Shown piece after piece: positions 48,222 to 57,658 of a stretch of DNA of 64,000 nt. The DNA lies in IMG/VR virus record IMGVR_UViG_3300032334_002567, positions 124,001-188,000 of that record. The stretch is one strand, 5' to 3'. The notes below the pieces were generated by a model. The model searched no databases, had not been told where the DNA came from, and was given only the letters and a program-made list of their open reading frames with translations. The translations under genes and the position numbers were made by a program. Each line of letters begins with the position of its first letter. The first letter of the stretch is position 1.

Positions 48222-48509
48222 ATGAACTGCGACTCATCAAAAGAATTGCTGGATCAATACATTCGTAGAGTTGCCTATGGAAACTCTATAAAAAATTTTG
48301 ATTCAAAGGGCTTACACGCTGGTAATTCTTTTTATGTTTATTGTGTCCATTGTGGAATCCCGACAGAGGCCTTTCCTGAGAAGCCTCTGGTCGAGACAAA
48401 TTCCATTTGTTCTCAATGCAACTTTTTGTTAAAACAATCACTGTTGGAAATAGCAAAAAATGCCGCCAATAAATTTTTTGGAAATGAACCAAAAAACACA
48501 ACCAGATGA
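48222..48509 (+). CDS. zinc-finger hypothetical protein
   Basis: CVHC and CSQC. Confidence 0.55.
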   Translation: MNCDSSKELLDQYIRRVAYGNSIKNFDSKGLHAGNSFYVYCVHCGIPTEAFPEKPLVETNSICSQCNFLLKQSLLEIAKNAANKFFGNEPKNTTR

Positions 48510-48693
48510 AGTCGTTAAAGTTTCTACAAATCTTTTGTCTGTTTTGATTGTTGTTTTAGTTTTAGCTTTTCCTAATTCTTACTTATGGAAAAAACTTTTA
48601 GTCCCCGTATTCAACCTACCCAGCCTATCTTATTGGCAGATGGTTGGTTTTGAAATTTTTGTTTTTTTATTCTCTAGAATTGCGAGGCTTTAG
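48484..48693 (+). CDS. small membrane protein
   Basis: Two hydrophobic segments; LW...VP.F.LP.LSYWQ. Confidence 0.55.
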   Translation: MNQKTQPDEVVKVSTNLLSVLIVVLVLAFPNSYLWKKLLVPVFNLPSLSYWQMVGFEIFVFLFSRIARL

Positions 48694-48699
48694 TTGACA

Positions 48700-48960
48700 A
48701 TGGAAAGTTTTTTTGGTAAACTGAATCCCTTCCAATGGTCTTTTAATAACAACAAGGAAAGTTCAACAATGAATAATCAGACTGTTTCTTTAGAAATGCC
48801 AACATCTTGTGGTGGAATTAGAAATATTGAAGAAAATATTTGTGAAAAGAACCAAGAAGAAAAAATTAGAGAACTTGCTTATTATCTTTGGGAAGAAGCA
48901 GGTCGTCCCGACTGTGATGGATCTTCTTTTTGGATAGAAGCTGAAAAACAATTTTCTTGA
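48700..48960 (+). CDS. DUF2934-domain protein
   Basis: KIRELAYYLWEEAGRP...FWIEAE. Confidence 0.8.
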   Translation: MESFFGKLNPFQWSFNNNKESSTMNNQTVSLEMPTSCGGIRNIEENICEKNQEEKIRELAYYLWEEAGRPDCDGSSFWIEAEKQFS

Positions 48961-49094
48961 TTTAAAAAGGCCAGACTCTTTTCGTATAGAAGAGTCTGGC
49001 CTTTTTTATGTTTAGGCCAATAGGGGCAGTTTGTGCATTTGCATCCACAACAAACTCCTCTTTCGATAAGAAATTTTTTACTTAAAGGCTCCAT
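48882..49094 (-). CDS. DUF5522-like Cys-rich small protein
   Basis: LSKKFLIERGVCCGCKCTNCPY. Confidence 0.6.
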   Translation of the reverse strand: MEPLSKKFLIERGVCCGCKCTNCPYWPKHKKGQTLLYEKSLAFLNQENCFSASIQKEDPSQSGRPASSQR

Positions 49095-50222
49095 ATGGAT
49101 TTTTCTCCTAGAGTAGATTCGTCGTTTAGACCCTACGCTGCCAAAACTGCTGATCATACAACTTATTTTAATTACTTCTATTATTATTTATATAAATTCT
49201 CTCAACAACCTAATTATTATTCAAATACATCTTTAATAAGTACTTCTATCCTTGATAAACTTATAGGCATTGGTGCAAAACAAATATTTAAATACACTTC
49301 TGATAAACTTGATAAGGGTGAGCTTTCCTTTGGAACAGAAGCAAACGATTCAGAGGTAGCTTTTGAGTTTGAGGATGCAGTAATTTGTGTTTTAAAGCAA
49401 CCAAGACTGTCTAGTTTTTCTCGTGCTTATGGGGAAACATATCAGGATTGTCCTGATGATGGCAACTATTGCAGAGTTTTTTATTCACAAGAAGAAACTC
49501 TTTTTAAAATAAAGTCTCTATTTGATTACGTAAAAGAAAAAAACACTAAAAGCATTCACCTTATGTGTAAGGTGGAAGGTGTGCTAGATGTCCAAAGGTT
49601 TGATATTGTCTTGCCAACTGAAGATGATTTAGACATAGAACTTAATTATGGCGAGGAGCTTGCAGGCAAGGAAGCAAAAATAATAGACATATTAGAAAAA
49701 AAGAAATCTGGTTTGATTTTATTTTCTGGAAAGCCTGGAACAGGAAAAAGCACATTTATTAAATATCTTTCTTCTAAGGTAGACAGAAAGATTATTTATC
49801 TTCCTTCTGCATTCACTGAAGAAATAACCAGCCCTTCTTTTCTAAGCTTTATGACAGACTATAAAGATTCTATATTTCTTTTGGAAGACGCAGAGAAAGT
49901 TTTAAAAAGCAGAGAAGAACAAGAAAATTCAGCAATTTCAAACATATTAAATATCACAGATGGTTTGTTGGGCGATTGTCTTAATATATTCGTTATAGCA
50001 ACCTTTAATACATCTAGAGATAAAATAGATTCTGCTTTGCTTAGAAAAGGTCGTTTAATGCTAGAACACGAATTCAAGGAACTGCCAGCAGATAATTGTA
50101 ATAAAATATTTGAAAAAATAAATTCGGATAGAAAAACTGATATTCCCTTAACGCTTGCAGATATTTATAATGCAGAAGACAATTATAAGAAAGAAATTGA
50201 TAAGAAAAAAATAGGATTTTAG
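49095..50222 (+). CDS. AAA+ ATPase
   Basis: GKPGTGKS, LLEDAE, LN.TDG, TFN, DSALLRKGR, KIGF tail. Confidence 0.88.
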   Translation: MDFSPRVDSSFRPYAAKTADHTTYFNYFYYYLYKFSQQPNYYSNTSLISTSILDKLIGIGAKQIFKYTSDKLDKGELSFGTEANDSEVAFEFEDAVICVLKQPRLSSFSRAYGETYQDCPDDGNYCRVFYSQEETLFKIKSLFDYVKEKNTKSIHLMCKVEGVLDVQRFDIVLPTEDDLDIELNYGEELAGKEAKIIDILEKKKSGLILFSGKPGTGKSTFIKYLSSKVDRKIIYLPSAFTEEITSPSFLSFMTDYKDSIFLLEDAEKVLKSREEQENSAISNILNITDGLLGDCLNIFVIATFNTSRDKIDSALLRKGRLMLEHEFKELPADNCNKIFEKINSDRKTDIPLTLADIYNAEDNYKKEIDKKKIGF

Positions 50223-50233
50223 GAGCAAATAAA

Positions 50234-51316
50234 ATGGAACTTAAAGTCTGGCAGATGCACTCAAATTGTGCAAGAATAGAAAAAGCAGAGAAAACTTGCC
50301 TTGGCCTCGCCAACAAAGACGGTGTTAAATGGTGTGGCCCGTATTCCTCTGTAAATAAGTTGGGGTTTTGGCTTTACCCTCCCGTCAGTTTTGAATTTAC
50401 TTATTCTAACGGTAAGATTGAATACAAAGTCTTAGAAGATTACAGCGGTGAAGACGGCAAAAGAGTTGTTGACTTAATGAGTCAACCCGGAAAAGAAAAT
50501 CTCAGACACGAAACAGATAAGCTTTTTTGGTGTGCCGATGGTAGGACTAAGTTTACATGGGGAACCGTAGAACCCAACGTAATACAAATATGGACAGGAT
50601 TAATATTCCAGACTCCAAAAAATATTTGTTTACACATAAGAGAACCAATTAATTTTCCAAGACGTGATTTTCATGTTATGGAAGGTCTTTTGGAAACAGA
50701 TTGGATGCAATATGATATTTGGGTTAACATTATTGTTGACGCAGAAAACAAAAAAGTTGTTGTTAAAAAAGATGTTCCTCTGGCACATTTAACACTAGTA
50801 GATCGAGCTTTAATAGAAGATAACTGGACGATCTGCCCAGAGATGATTAATAGAGATTCAAAGGAAGCCGATGAGGTTTTTACCTATTGGATAGATTATA
50901 ATAAGAAGAAGTTTGAAAGCGGTGGCAAACAACTACTAACGCCAGATGGTTCTTACATGAAAGATTCTACTACTTTCTTCAAGGAACGGTCTAAAGCTTT
51001 AGGTATAGGGCGAAATTCAATGTTTAATGATGCAGATGAATCTATAAGAAAAATTGTTGAAGGCCAAGATGCAGCACAACAAGAGGCCATCAAGAAGTGC
51101 CCATATGCAGCTATGTTTGGTTCTGTTAAACCACAGAACAATATTGAGGAAACAAAACCATCCTTGCCTAAAAGTGTTCTGTATGAAGGTGCAATGGTTA
51201 AAGAAAAGGAACCTACTAAAAAAGAAGAATGCAAGGTTTTAAGCAAAATCTGTAGAAAAATCCATAAGCCACTAAAGAGAGCCTTGGTTGGCAAGATGTT
51301 TAGAAAGAATAATTAA
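50234..51316 (+). CDS. hypothetical protein (DUF6065-like)
   Basis: G..F.TP....L...P.N ... G.LETDW pattern. Confidence 0.45.
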   Translation: MELKVWQMHSNCARIEKAEKTCLGLANKDGVKWCGPYSSVNKLGFWLYPPVSFEFTYSNGKIEYKVLEDYSGEDGKRVVDLMSQPGKENLRHETDKLFWCADGRTKFTWGTVEPNVIQIWTGLIFQTPKNICLHIREPINFPRRDFHVMEGLLETDWMQYDIWVNIIVDAENKKVVVKKDVPLAHLTLVDRALIEDNWTICPEMINRDSKEADEVFTYWIDYNKKKFESGGKQLLTPDGSYMKDSTTFFKERSKALGIGRNSMFNDADESIRKIVEGQDAAQQEAIKKCPYAAMFGSVKPQNNIEETKPSLPKSVLYEGAMVKEKEPTKKEECKVLSKICRKIHKPLKRALVGKMFRKNN

Positions 51317-51723
51317 TGTCTGATCTTGGGCCAATGGGTAGATACTACAAGTTAATTCGGCAATGTGGATGCGGCAGTGGACTAGTATCTAGCTGGTATA
51401 AAGACCCCAAGAATGTTGACGTTAAAGCCTGTGATGGATGTAAGCCTAAGTTACTTTATAGTATTTTCGATGAAAGATATATGGACTTGTTCGAAGGATG
51501 GCTTTTAAGTTTGTTTTGTGAAAAAGCAGAAGATGGCTATGAGTGGGTTTGGCAAGATTTACTAAAAGAAAAGGGATGTGAACAAGTTATGGGTGTAGAG
51601 CAAGCTAAAAAAAAGCAATCACAAAATCAGATTTTAATTTCTTGTCCTCATAATAAAGAATATTATATTTTAGTTCCAAAAGAGTATGCGGAATCGGTTT
51701 TGGAAAATGGAAGAATGGTTTAA
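51316..51723 (+). CDS. Cys-containing hypothetical protein
   Basis: CGCGSG and CDGC. Confidence 0.5.
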   Translation: MSDLGPMGRYYKLIRQCGCGSGLVSSWYKDPKNVDVKACDGCKPKLLYSIFDERYMDLFEGWLLSLFCEKAEDGYEWVWQDLLKEKGCEQVMGVEQAKKKQSQNQILISCPHNKEYYILVPKEYAESVLENGRMV

Positions 51724-51727
51724 GAGT

Positions 51728-52012
51728 TTACTTGGCAAACCATATTGTATATTTTATTTCGTCTTTATTTTCGCTGAATGTCCATAAAAACTTTTCACAT
51801 TCGCTAATATGAGATGAAAAGTTTAATACGAATAATGTGGTATCATCACTTATAGCATCTTTTCTATTAACCTCTCTATTATTTTTAATTAATTCAATAT
51901 TAGCTTTTTTATAATTCATATTATGACTGGTTCTATTTTCTCCAAATTCATATAAAAAATATATGTTTAGTAGTAAACTTAATAAGCACAATATTGGGTA
52001 GATTTTTTTCAT
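51728..52012 (-). CDS. small membrane-anchored protein
   Basis: N-terminal TM. Confidence 0.5.
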   Translation of the reverse strand: MKKIYPILCLLSLLLNIYFLYEFGENRTSHNMNYKKANIELIKNNREVNRKDAISDDTTLFVLNFSSHISECEKFLWTFSENKDEIKYTIWFAK

Positions 52013-52021
52013 TTATTTTTC

Positions 52022-52456
52022 CTATACATTCTTTATATTCCAAATGCCGCCTTCACCTTCATCCGGCACAAAATCTTTATGCTTTGTATAAGTTGGTTTG
52101 CCGGGGATGTGTGTAATTTTCCATGGTGCTCCTTCTCCATTATTTGCTGCAAAATTGCTGTTCTTTTTTAGGTGGCTTGGTTTTCCTTTTATGTGTGTTA
52201 TATCCCATAGTCCACCATCTCCACTGTTCATCTTTTCGTTGCTTTCACCAGGAATGTGTGTAATGTCAAATTGACCACCATCTTTTCCTTTGTAGATTCG
52301 GTCGTCAATTGATAAGTAAAAGATTGCGTCTGCACTTCTTGTGGTGTACCACTGAGGTGGGTACAGACCTATACCCCCATAACTAAGAGGATATAGACCA
52401 GTTTTAGATCCAGGATTGCTTCCTTCATTTAATAACCAGTTTTTAAAGTTTAACAT
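52022..52456 (-). CDS. repeat protein with CTS-like N-terminus
   Basis: MLNFKNWLLNE; four G.G..(W/F).I(T/K)(H/N)(I/V) repeats. Confidence 0.6.
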   Translation of the reverse strand: MLNFKNWLLNEGSNPGSKTGLYPLSYGGIGLYPPQWYTTRSADAIFYLSIDDRIYKGKDGGQFDITHIPGESNEKMNSGDGGLWDITHIKGKPSHLKKNSNFAANNGEGAPWKITHIPGKPTYTKHKDFVPDEGEGGIWNIKNV

Positions 52457-52503
52457 TGTTTTGACTCACTTTAATGTATATATAATTAAAAGAAAGGAAA
52501 ATT

Positions 52504-52866
52504 ATGAATGAATGGCTTAAATTATCTGGAATAAATGAATCCATAGAATCTGATTTCGTAACATTTGCAGGCAAGAGATATCAAGGAGCAGAAAAGATAG
52601 TAAATATGGCTGACAAAAAAGGTGGCCCAGCCCTTTTAACTAGAGATCATTTTTCTGTAAAATTGCCATATTATGAAAAGGCAAAAGAAGGTAAATTTGA
52701 TAGAGTAGAAATGAAAAAGGAATATCAAGAATTATGTACACGTCTACACTCAAAAATGAACTCGATAGAAAAAGTAAATCAGATAGAGTTTCAAAAGTTA
52801 TTGGGGAGAATAGAGGTAGTAGGGGAGCTTCTGATAAAGACGCAGGATCTCCAAGGAGCAGGATGA
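52504..52866 (+). CDS. hypothetical protein with variant tag
   Basis: MNEWLKLSGINE; shares the TATATATA box with the divergent gene. Confidence 0.55.
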   Translation: MNEWLKLSGINESIESDFVTFAGKRYQGAEKIVNMADKKGGPALLTRDHFSVKLPYYEKAKEGKFDRVEMKKEYQELCTRLHSKMNSIEKVNQIEFQKLLGRIEVVGELLIKTQDLQGAG

Positions 52867-53462
52867 TACAAAACAGGAGAGTTTTAGTATTAAATAAATC
52901 TTGGCTTGCAATAGGCACAACTACTTTAGAAAATGCAATAATAAAACTAACATCTCCTTACAAAGATGGATTTCCAAAAGCAAAAATCGTTGATTGTTTA
53001 AATGATTTTAAGTCTTTCGATTGGTCTGATTGGACAAAAATGCAACCTTCTCATGACGAAGAGGGCATAAGAACCGTAAATTCTATACTAAGGATACCAG
53101 AAGTAATTCAGTTTACTCGTTATGATAAAGTTCCACAAAAAGAAATTCATTATAATAGAAGAACGATATTTTTGAGGGACGAAAACCAGTGCCAATACTG
53201 TATGTCTAAAGAAGATTTATCATTAGATCATGTTCTCCCAAGGTGCCAAGGCGGGTTAACAAATTGGGAAAATGTTGTAGTAGCTTGTGTAAAATGCAAC
53301 CTAAAAAAGGCTGGAAGAACCCCACAACAAGCTGGAATGAAACTTCTTAAAAAGCCTGTTAAGCCTAAATGTAATTTTTTTATTGGGGATCAGAGGGTCA
53401 GGTCTTGGAGCCAATTTATAGGAGAAGCTTACTGGCTAACAGAGCTAGAGCACGACAAATAA
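52863..53462 (+). CDS. HNH endonuclease (McrA-like)
   Basis: VLVLN, RD...CQYC, DHVLPRCQGG...WENVVVACVKCN.KK. Confidence 0.9.
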   Translation: MIQNRRVLVLNKSWLAIGTTTLENAIIKLTSPYKDGFPKAKIVDCLNDFKSFDWSDWTKMQPSHDEEGIRTVNSILRIPEVIQFTRYDKVPQKEIHYNRRTIFLRDENQCQYCMSKEDLSLDHVLPRCQGGLTNWENVVVACVKCNLKKAGRTPQQAGMKLLKKPVKPKCNFFIGDQRVRSWSQFIGEAYWLTELEHDK

Positions 53463-53502
53463 TTAGTATCGTTAATATATAATTAAAGTTTGGGAGGAAT
53501 AT

Positions 53503-54168
53503 ATGAATTTTAGTGAATGGTTAATGAACGAAGAAAAAGATGCTTGTTATTATAAAGTAAAAGCTACAGCATCTGTGTGGCCCTCTGCCTATGCTAGCGG
53601 ACGGGTTGTCCAATGTAGGAAAAAAGGTGCCAAAAATTATGGTAACTCCAAAAAGAAAAAACATAAAAAGAAAAAACACATGCAAGAAGAGGGTGTGCAA
53701 ATAGACGAAGTTCTAGCAAATAAGCAGCAATACGACGATGCAGCAAGTGCCCTTAATGCTTTAATGTATCAAGACATGGACGTAGCCAATATGTCAGGCC
53801 CAGAGATCATCAATGCTTTAGCTGCCATGAGAAAATATCCACCAGAAGGCGTGAAACCCAGCACATTTGCTGGAAGGATAAAGGCTGTCGCAAGTGGCAG
53901 TGTGGACAAAAAAGATTTTCGGGAAGGAACATTTGATCTTGAAAAAGAAAAAGGCCTTCATGGTTGGTTTTCTAGAAATAAAGGCAAAGGATGGATCGAT
54001 TGCAAGGCTAGCACTAAGACTAAAAAGGTTCCATGTGGTAGAAGTAAAGCAGGAAAAGGAGCAGAAAGAAAGTATCCTGCTTGTAGGCCAACTTTTTCGG
54101 CCTGCAATGCCACTGGTAAAAGGAGGAAAAAAAGTTCAAAACCTGTATCTTGGAAGAAAGAAGAATAA
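53503..54168 (+). CDS. basic Cys-containing protein with CTS-like N-terminus
   Basis: MNFSEWLMNEE; DACYYKVK..VWPSAYASG..V.CRK and GL..WF..W.D..PCGR..KYP.CRP modules, which I recall from T4-like phage proteins. Confidence 0.6.
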   Translation: MNFSEWLMNEEKDACYYKVKATASVWPSAYASGRVVQCRKKGAKNYGNSKKKKHKKKKHMQEEGVQIDEVLANKQQYDDAASALNALMYQDMDVANMSGPEIINALAAMRKYPPEGVKPSTFAGRIKAVASGSVDKKDFREGTFDLEKEKGLHGWFSRNKGKGWIDCKASTKTKKVPCGRSKAGKGAERKYPACRPTFSACNATGKRRKKSSKPVSWKKEE

Positions 54169-54420
54169 ATGCCTCTAACTCCTCCAATTTATACTTTTGT
54201 AGTTAATAACATTGATTACACAGAAATATATTCTAGGCCTATGACGGAGAACATAGAAAATGTAATCTTAAATTTAAACAATCAGGCTGTTTATGTTCCT
54301 TATATAAATAAGCCTTTAAAAAATGGCGATATTTTCACATTAAACGGAAAAAAAGCGGAACATGTGTACAATATATACATTGGAAAAAGCCCAAAGATTC
54401 TAGAGCTTTTGGAAGGATAA
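54169..54420 (+). CDS. hypothetical protein
   Basis: 83-aa ORF. Confidence 0.5.
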   Translation: MPLTPPIYTFVVNNIDYTEIYSRPMTENIENVILNLNNQAVYVPYINKPLKNGDIFTLNGKKAEHVYNIYIGKSPKILELLEG

Positions 54421-54422
54421 AT

Positions 54423-54662
54423 ATGAAGTTTTCATTATGGTTGGAAAGAAGAGAAAAAAGAAATCAAAAATCAGCAACTAAACAACCAAGAATTAAGAGT
54501 AACCAAGAGCTTGCCTTAAGAACAAGTAAATCACGTATACACGACATGGCCGGTCAAGGTGATTCAAAAACATATGGACGTTCTGGAAGCTCAGATTCAA
54601 ATATTTATAAAGGTTCAAGATCTAAAAAGAATAGGGACGCAATCAGATCTTTTGATCACTGA
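54423..54662 (+). CDS. small basic protein with CTS-like N-terminus
   Basis: MKFSLWLERRE; K/R/S-rich. Confidence 0.55.
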   Translation: MKFSLWLERREKRNQKSATKQPRIKSNQELALRTSKSRIHDMAGQGDSKTYGRSGSSDSNIYKGSRSKKNRDAIRSFDH

Positions 54663-54665
54663 TAA

Positions 54666-55397
54666 TTAGCCCAAATTTGCCTTAGCATCTATCACAGCTT
54701 TATATATTCTTTGATACATTTTACGCTTTTGTTGCGATGATCCGTGTGCGAAGTATATGTGATAATACTTCCAGTACTCGGGATCACCAATAACTCCGTA
54801 AATTTTTTCGGCTTTAGATTTCTCAGGATTAGATATAAATCTTAATGTGTCATCTAACTGTTTTTTTAATATCGGTTCTTTATCAGTACCTTTTAGTCTA
54901 TCCGCAGCAGTTGTTATTGAGTAGGCTAGCTGTCCTGTATATGCATCGAATTCGAATGGATGAGTGTAGTAATCGATTCCACCTTTGTTATCGTAGTTTT
55001 TGACGTTTTTAAAAGTATTAAAGTTACTCATTTTTGGGTCCATAGAGTGTATTAATTCATGGGCTACTACTCTTTCAATCCACCTAGGAGTTAGTTCTTC
55101 TTCTTCAACATGAGCAACATTGATTTGTATGCCGTATCCTATTCTAAATGACCCATTATTGTTTTCATAGCTATTGTTTACAACGTGTATGTTTATTTCA
55201 CGTTGCCTATCTTTAAAGTATGGATCGTTATACTTTATTATTGCTACATCAAAAACCTCTCCCTCGGGCTCTTTTTTAATAGCTTTTGCTGTTTGATAAA
55301 TTTTGTCGATAGACGATTTAATTTGGGACACGATTTCATCGGTTAACCGTATACCTTTACTCTCAGATATTTGAAACCATTCTTTAAATTTAATCAT
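54666..55397 (-). CDS. HEXXH zincin-like protein with CTS-like N-terminus
   Basis: Start MIKFKEWFQISE; VAHELIH ... YY..P.E..A. Confidence 0.65.
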   Translation of the reverse strand: MIKFKEWFQISESKGIRLTDEIVSQIKSSIDKIYQTAKAIKKEPEGEVFDVAIIKYNDPYFKDRQREINIHVVNNSYENNNGSFRIGYGIQINVAHVEEEELTPRWIERVVAHELIHSMDPKMSNFNTFKNVKNYDNKGGIDYYTHPFEFDAYTGQLAYSITTAADRLKGTDKEPILKKQLDDTLRFISNPEKSKAEKIYGVIGDPEYWKYYHIYFAHGSSQQKRKMYQRIYKAVIDAKANLG

Positions 55398-55511
55398 ATT
55401 GCTTCCATTTAAACTATTTCTAAATATATATGTAATTTCTTTTCGGTATTGACTAAATCGAACCCCAGAACTAAATTGCTTTTTTTGGTGACCCCTCAAT
55501 AAGAAGATTTT

Positions 55512-56690
55512 ATGTGGTCAACGGTTTTTACTCTTCTTGCATCTTTTGTAGGGATTTGGGCTGTTTTTAAGTATGTTCTATTGATAGAAACCCGAATAGA
55601 CACTAATACTTTTAAAACTCTGTACGAGCTTTGTAAAGAAGAGAAAAAGATAATTATTCACGAAGAATTTGTAACTGAAAACCGTCATCCCGTTATTTTT
55701 TCTGCTTTTTGTTTTTTTAATGGTTCTCCTTGGTTTTACATAGATCGAACAGAAAGATTGATGCAAGCAGGATATCACGGCAAAGACCATTTGACTTTTA
55801 TTTTTTGTTTTCGTTGGCAATATTCTAAATTAAAAAAGTATCTACATGGCAGAATAAAAGAAATGCAGTTTTATACTTTGGGAGTTCCTGTAGAACTTAT
55901 GCTACCCTACGGTGCTGATAAAATCGGTTCTTTAAAGAAGACTTTTCCAGCTCCTATTGTTGATGATTCTCTTTGGGTTGATTTTGATAGAGAGGTTGAA
56001 GAGGTATCTCAACTTAAAAGATCAACCACTAGTGCCCTTTTTTATGGGCCACCTGGAAACGGGAAAACTTCATTTATAAAGTATCTTTCTACAAAGCACA
56101 AATTGCCCATAATGATCTTTACGCTAGATCCTGATTGGAACAATCAGGATTTGCTTCTTATGTTTTCGCAGATTCCAAAAAAGTGCATAGTTTTATTTGA
56201 AGACTTTGATAATTATTTTCATGGAAGAAAATGTATAATGGGTGGTGAAGGAAACCGTACAATCAAATTTACTTATGACATAATCTTGAACGGATTAGAT
56301 GGAGTTTATACCACTTATGAAAACGTAGTTTTTATAATGACTGTAAACGACATTTCAAAAGTAGATTCAGCCTTGAGAAACAGACCTTCCAGATTTAAGT
56401 ACACAAGGTGCTTTTCAAACCCAAATTTATCTATAAGAAAAAAGATTTTAGTTCAAGACTGGGCGGAAAAATCTGATGGCTTGAATCTAGATCAAATCTT
56501 TAGACTCAAAGAGTATTTTGAACAAGGTAATGACTTCGAAGAGGCAATAGCTAGATTAGAGAAAAACTTCAGTCACTCGGATATAGAATTTGCTGCATTT
56601 GAAAGGTTTAAAGAAAGACAAGAACTAAGTATACAAGGAGGTGCACAGGATGATTGGAATCACGCAATAAATCATCTTAGATCAAAGTAA
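55512..56690 (+). CDS. membrane-anchored AAA+ ATPase (BCS1-like) with DUF2934-like tail
   Basis: N-terminal TM; GPPGNGKT, FEDFD, LNGLDG, DSALRNRPSR; C-terminal DIEFAAF...R...G.A.DDW..A. Confidence 0.8.
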   Translation: MWSTVFTLLASFVGIWAVFKYVLLIETRIDTNTFKTLYELCKEEKKIIIHEEFVTENRHPVIFSAFCFFNGSPWFYIDRTERLMQAGYHGKDHLTFIFCFRWQYSKLKKYLHGRIKEMQFYTLGVPVELMLPYGADKIGSLKKTFPAPIVDDSLWVDFDREVEEVSQLKRSTTSALFYGPPGNGKTSFIKYLSTKHKLPIMIFTLDPDWNNQDLLLMFSQIPKKCIVLFEDFDNYFHGRKCIMGGEGNRTIKFTYDIILNGLDGVYTTYENVVFIMTVNDISKVDSALRNRPSRFKYTRCFSNPNLSIRKKILVQDWAEKSDGLNLDQIFRLKEYFEQGNDFEEAIARLEKNFSHSDIEFAAFERFKERQELSIQGGAQDDWNHAINHLRSK

Positions 56691-57594
56691 AGTCTATAAA
56701 CTGTATTTCTAATATTTCTCTTGGAAACAACTCACCAGAAGCTAATTTTGGTTCGTCGCTATTTCTCCAATTGGATTTTATTCTTCGAAGTACTTCTGGG
56801 GTGTGGGTGAAGAACAACTCTACTGGTTGAGTTACCACACTTTCTTTGAGTATTGTAAACCCTGCATCTTTGATGAATCTTTTATATGTTTTGATTGGGT
56901 TTATTATTCTTAAAATTTCTGGAGGTTCTAGCCCCATTGCATACAGCTCATCTTTTGTAAAAACTAAATGTAGATAGGCTTTATTTAATTGTTTATAAAG
57001 ATGTGATCCATGGCGACTTGTCCAAGGGTGTATTCTTAGAAAAACTTGCCCATCGATAGGCTTTTTGACTTCTTGGATCATTTGTAGTGTAGAAGCTGGA
57101 TCTTTGCAGTGATCAAGCACATCGTTTATTAAAATAATATCATATGGTCCTTTTCTTCTAACATCTTCCCATTCTGTCGTGAATTTTAATTCATCGTGTG
57201 GGTCAAGAGCTGCCCAGTCTTGGTTTTTTATATCATATCCAACAACATTTTTAGATTCATATAGAGTGGCAGCAACGTATGGAACGTGGCCTTCTCCACA
57301 TCCAAAGTCCAAGAATGATTTTTCTTTTAGATCCATTGCTATGAAGTCTTGAACAATGCCAGCGGCTCTTGACATTTTTTCTTCTTCTATATCGTTGCAT
57401 ATTAGTTCTGGCGGCACCGCCTCAGGCCAAACATCTGATTTAGCCAACATCCTTAGTTCTGTTATTTCTGATAGCCTGTCCCTTTCACCTTTTTGAAAAG
57501 GTACAATTTTATTCTCTTCTTCTAGAAGAGTTTTCAGAAAACTACTAATGTGATCTAATGCTCTTATGTACTCTTTAATGCTTTTTTGATTCAT
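56677..57594 (-). CDS. class I SAM-dependent methyltransferase
   Basis: FLDFGCGEG, VGYDI, YDII...VLDH. Confidence 0.85.
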   Translation of the reverse strand: MNQKSIKEYIRALDHISSFLKTLLEEENKIVPFQKGERDRLSEITELRMLAKSDVWPEAVPPELICNDIEEEKMSRAAGIVQDFIAMDLKEKSFLDFGCGEGHVPYVAATLYESKNVVGYDIKNQDWAALDPHDELKFTTEWEDVRRKGPYDIILINDVLDHCKDPASTLQMIQEVKKPIDGQVFLRIHPWTSRHGSHLYKQLNKAYLHLVFTKDELYAMGLEPPEILRIINPIKTYKRFIKDAGFTILKESVVTQPVELFFTHTPEVLRRIKSNWRNSDEPKLASGELFPREILEIQFIDFTLI

Positions 57595-57658
57595 TTTTCT
57601 TTCCCATATAACTCTAATATATAACAGTCATTTTCTTTTAAATTTAGTAGGAGCCTTG

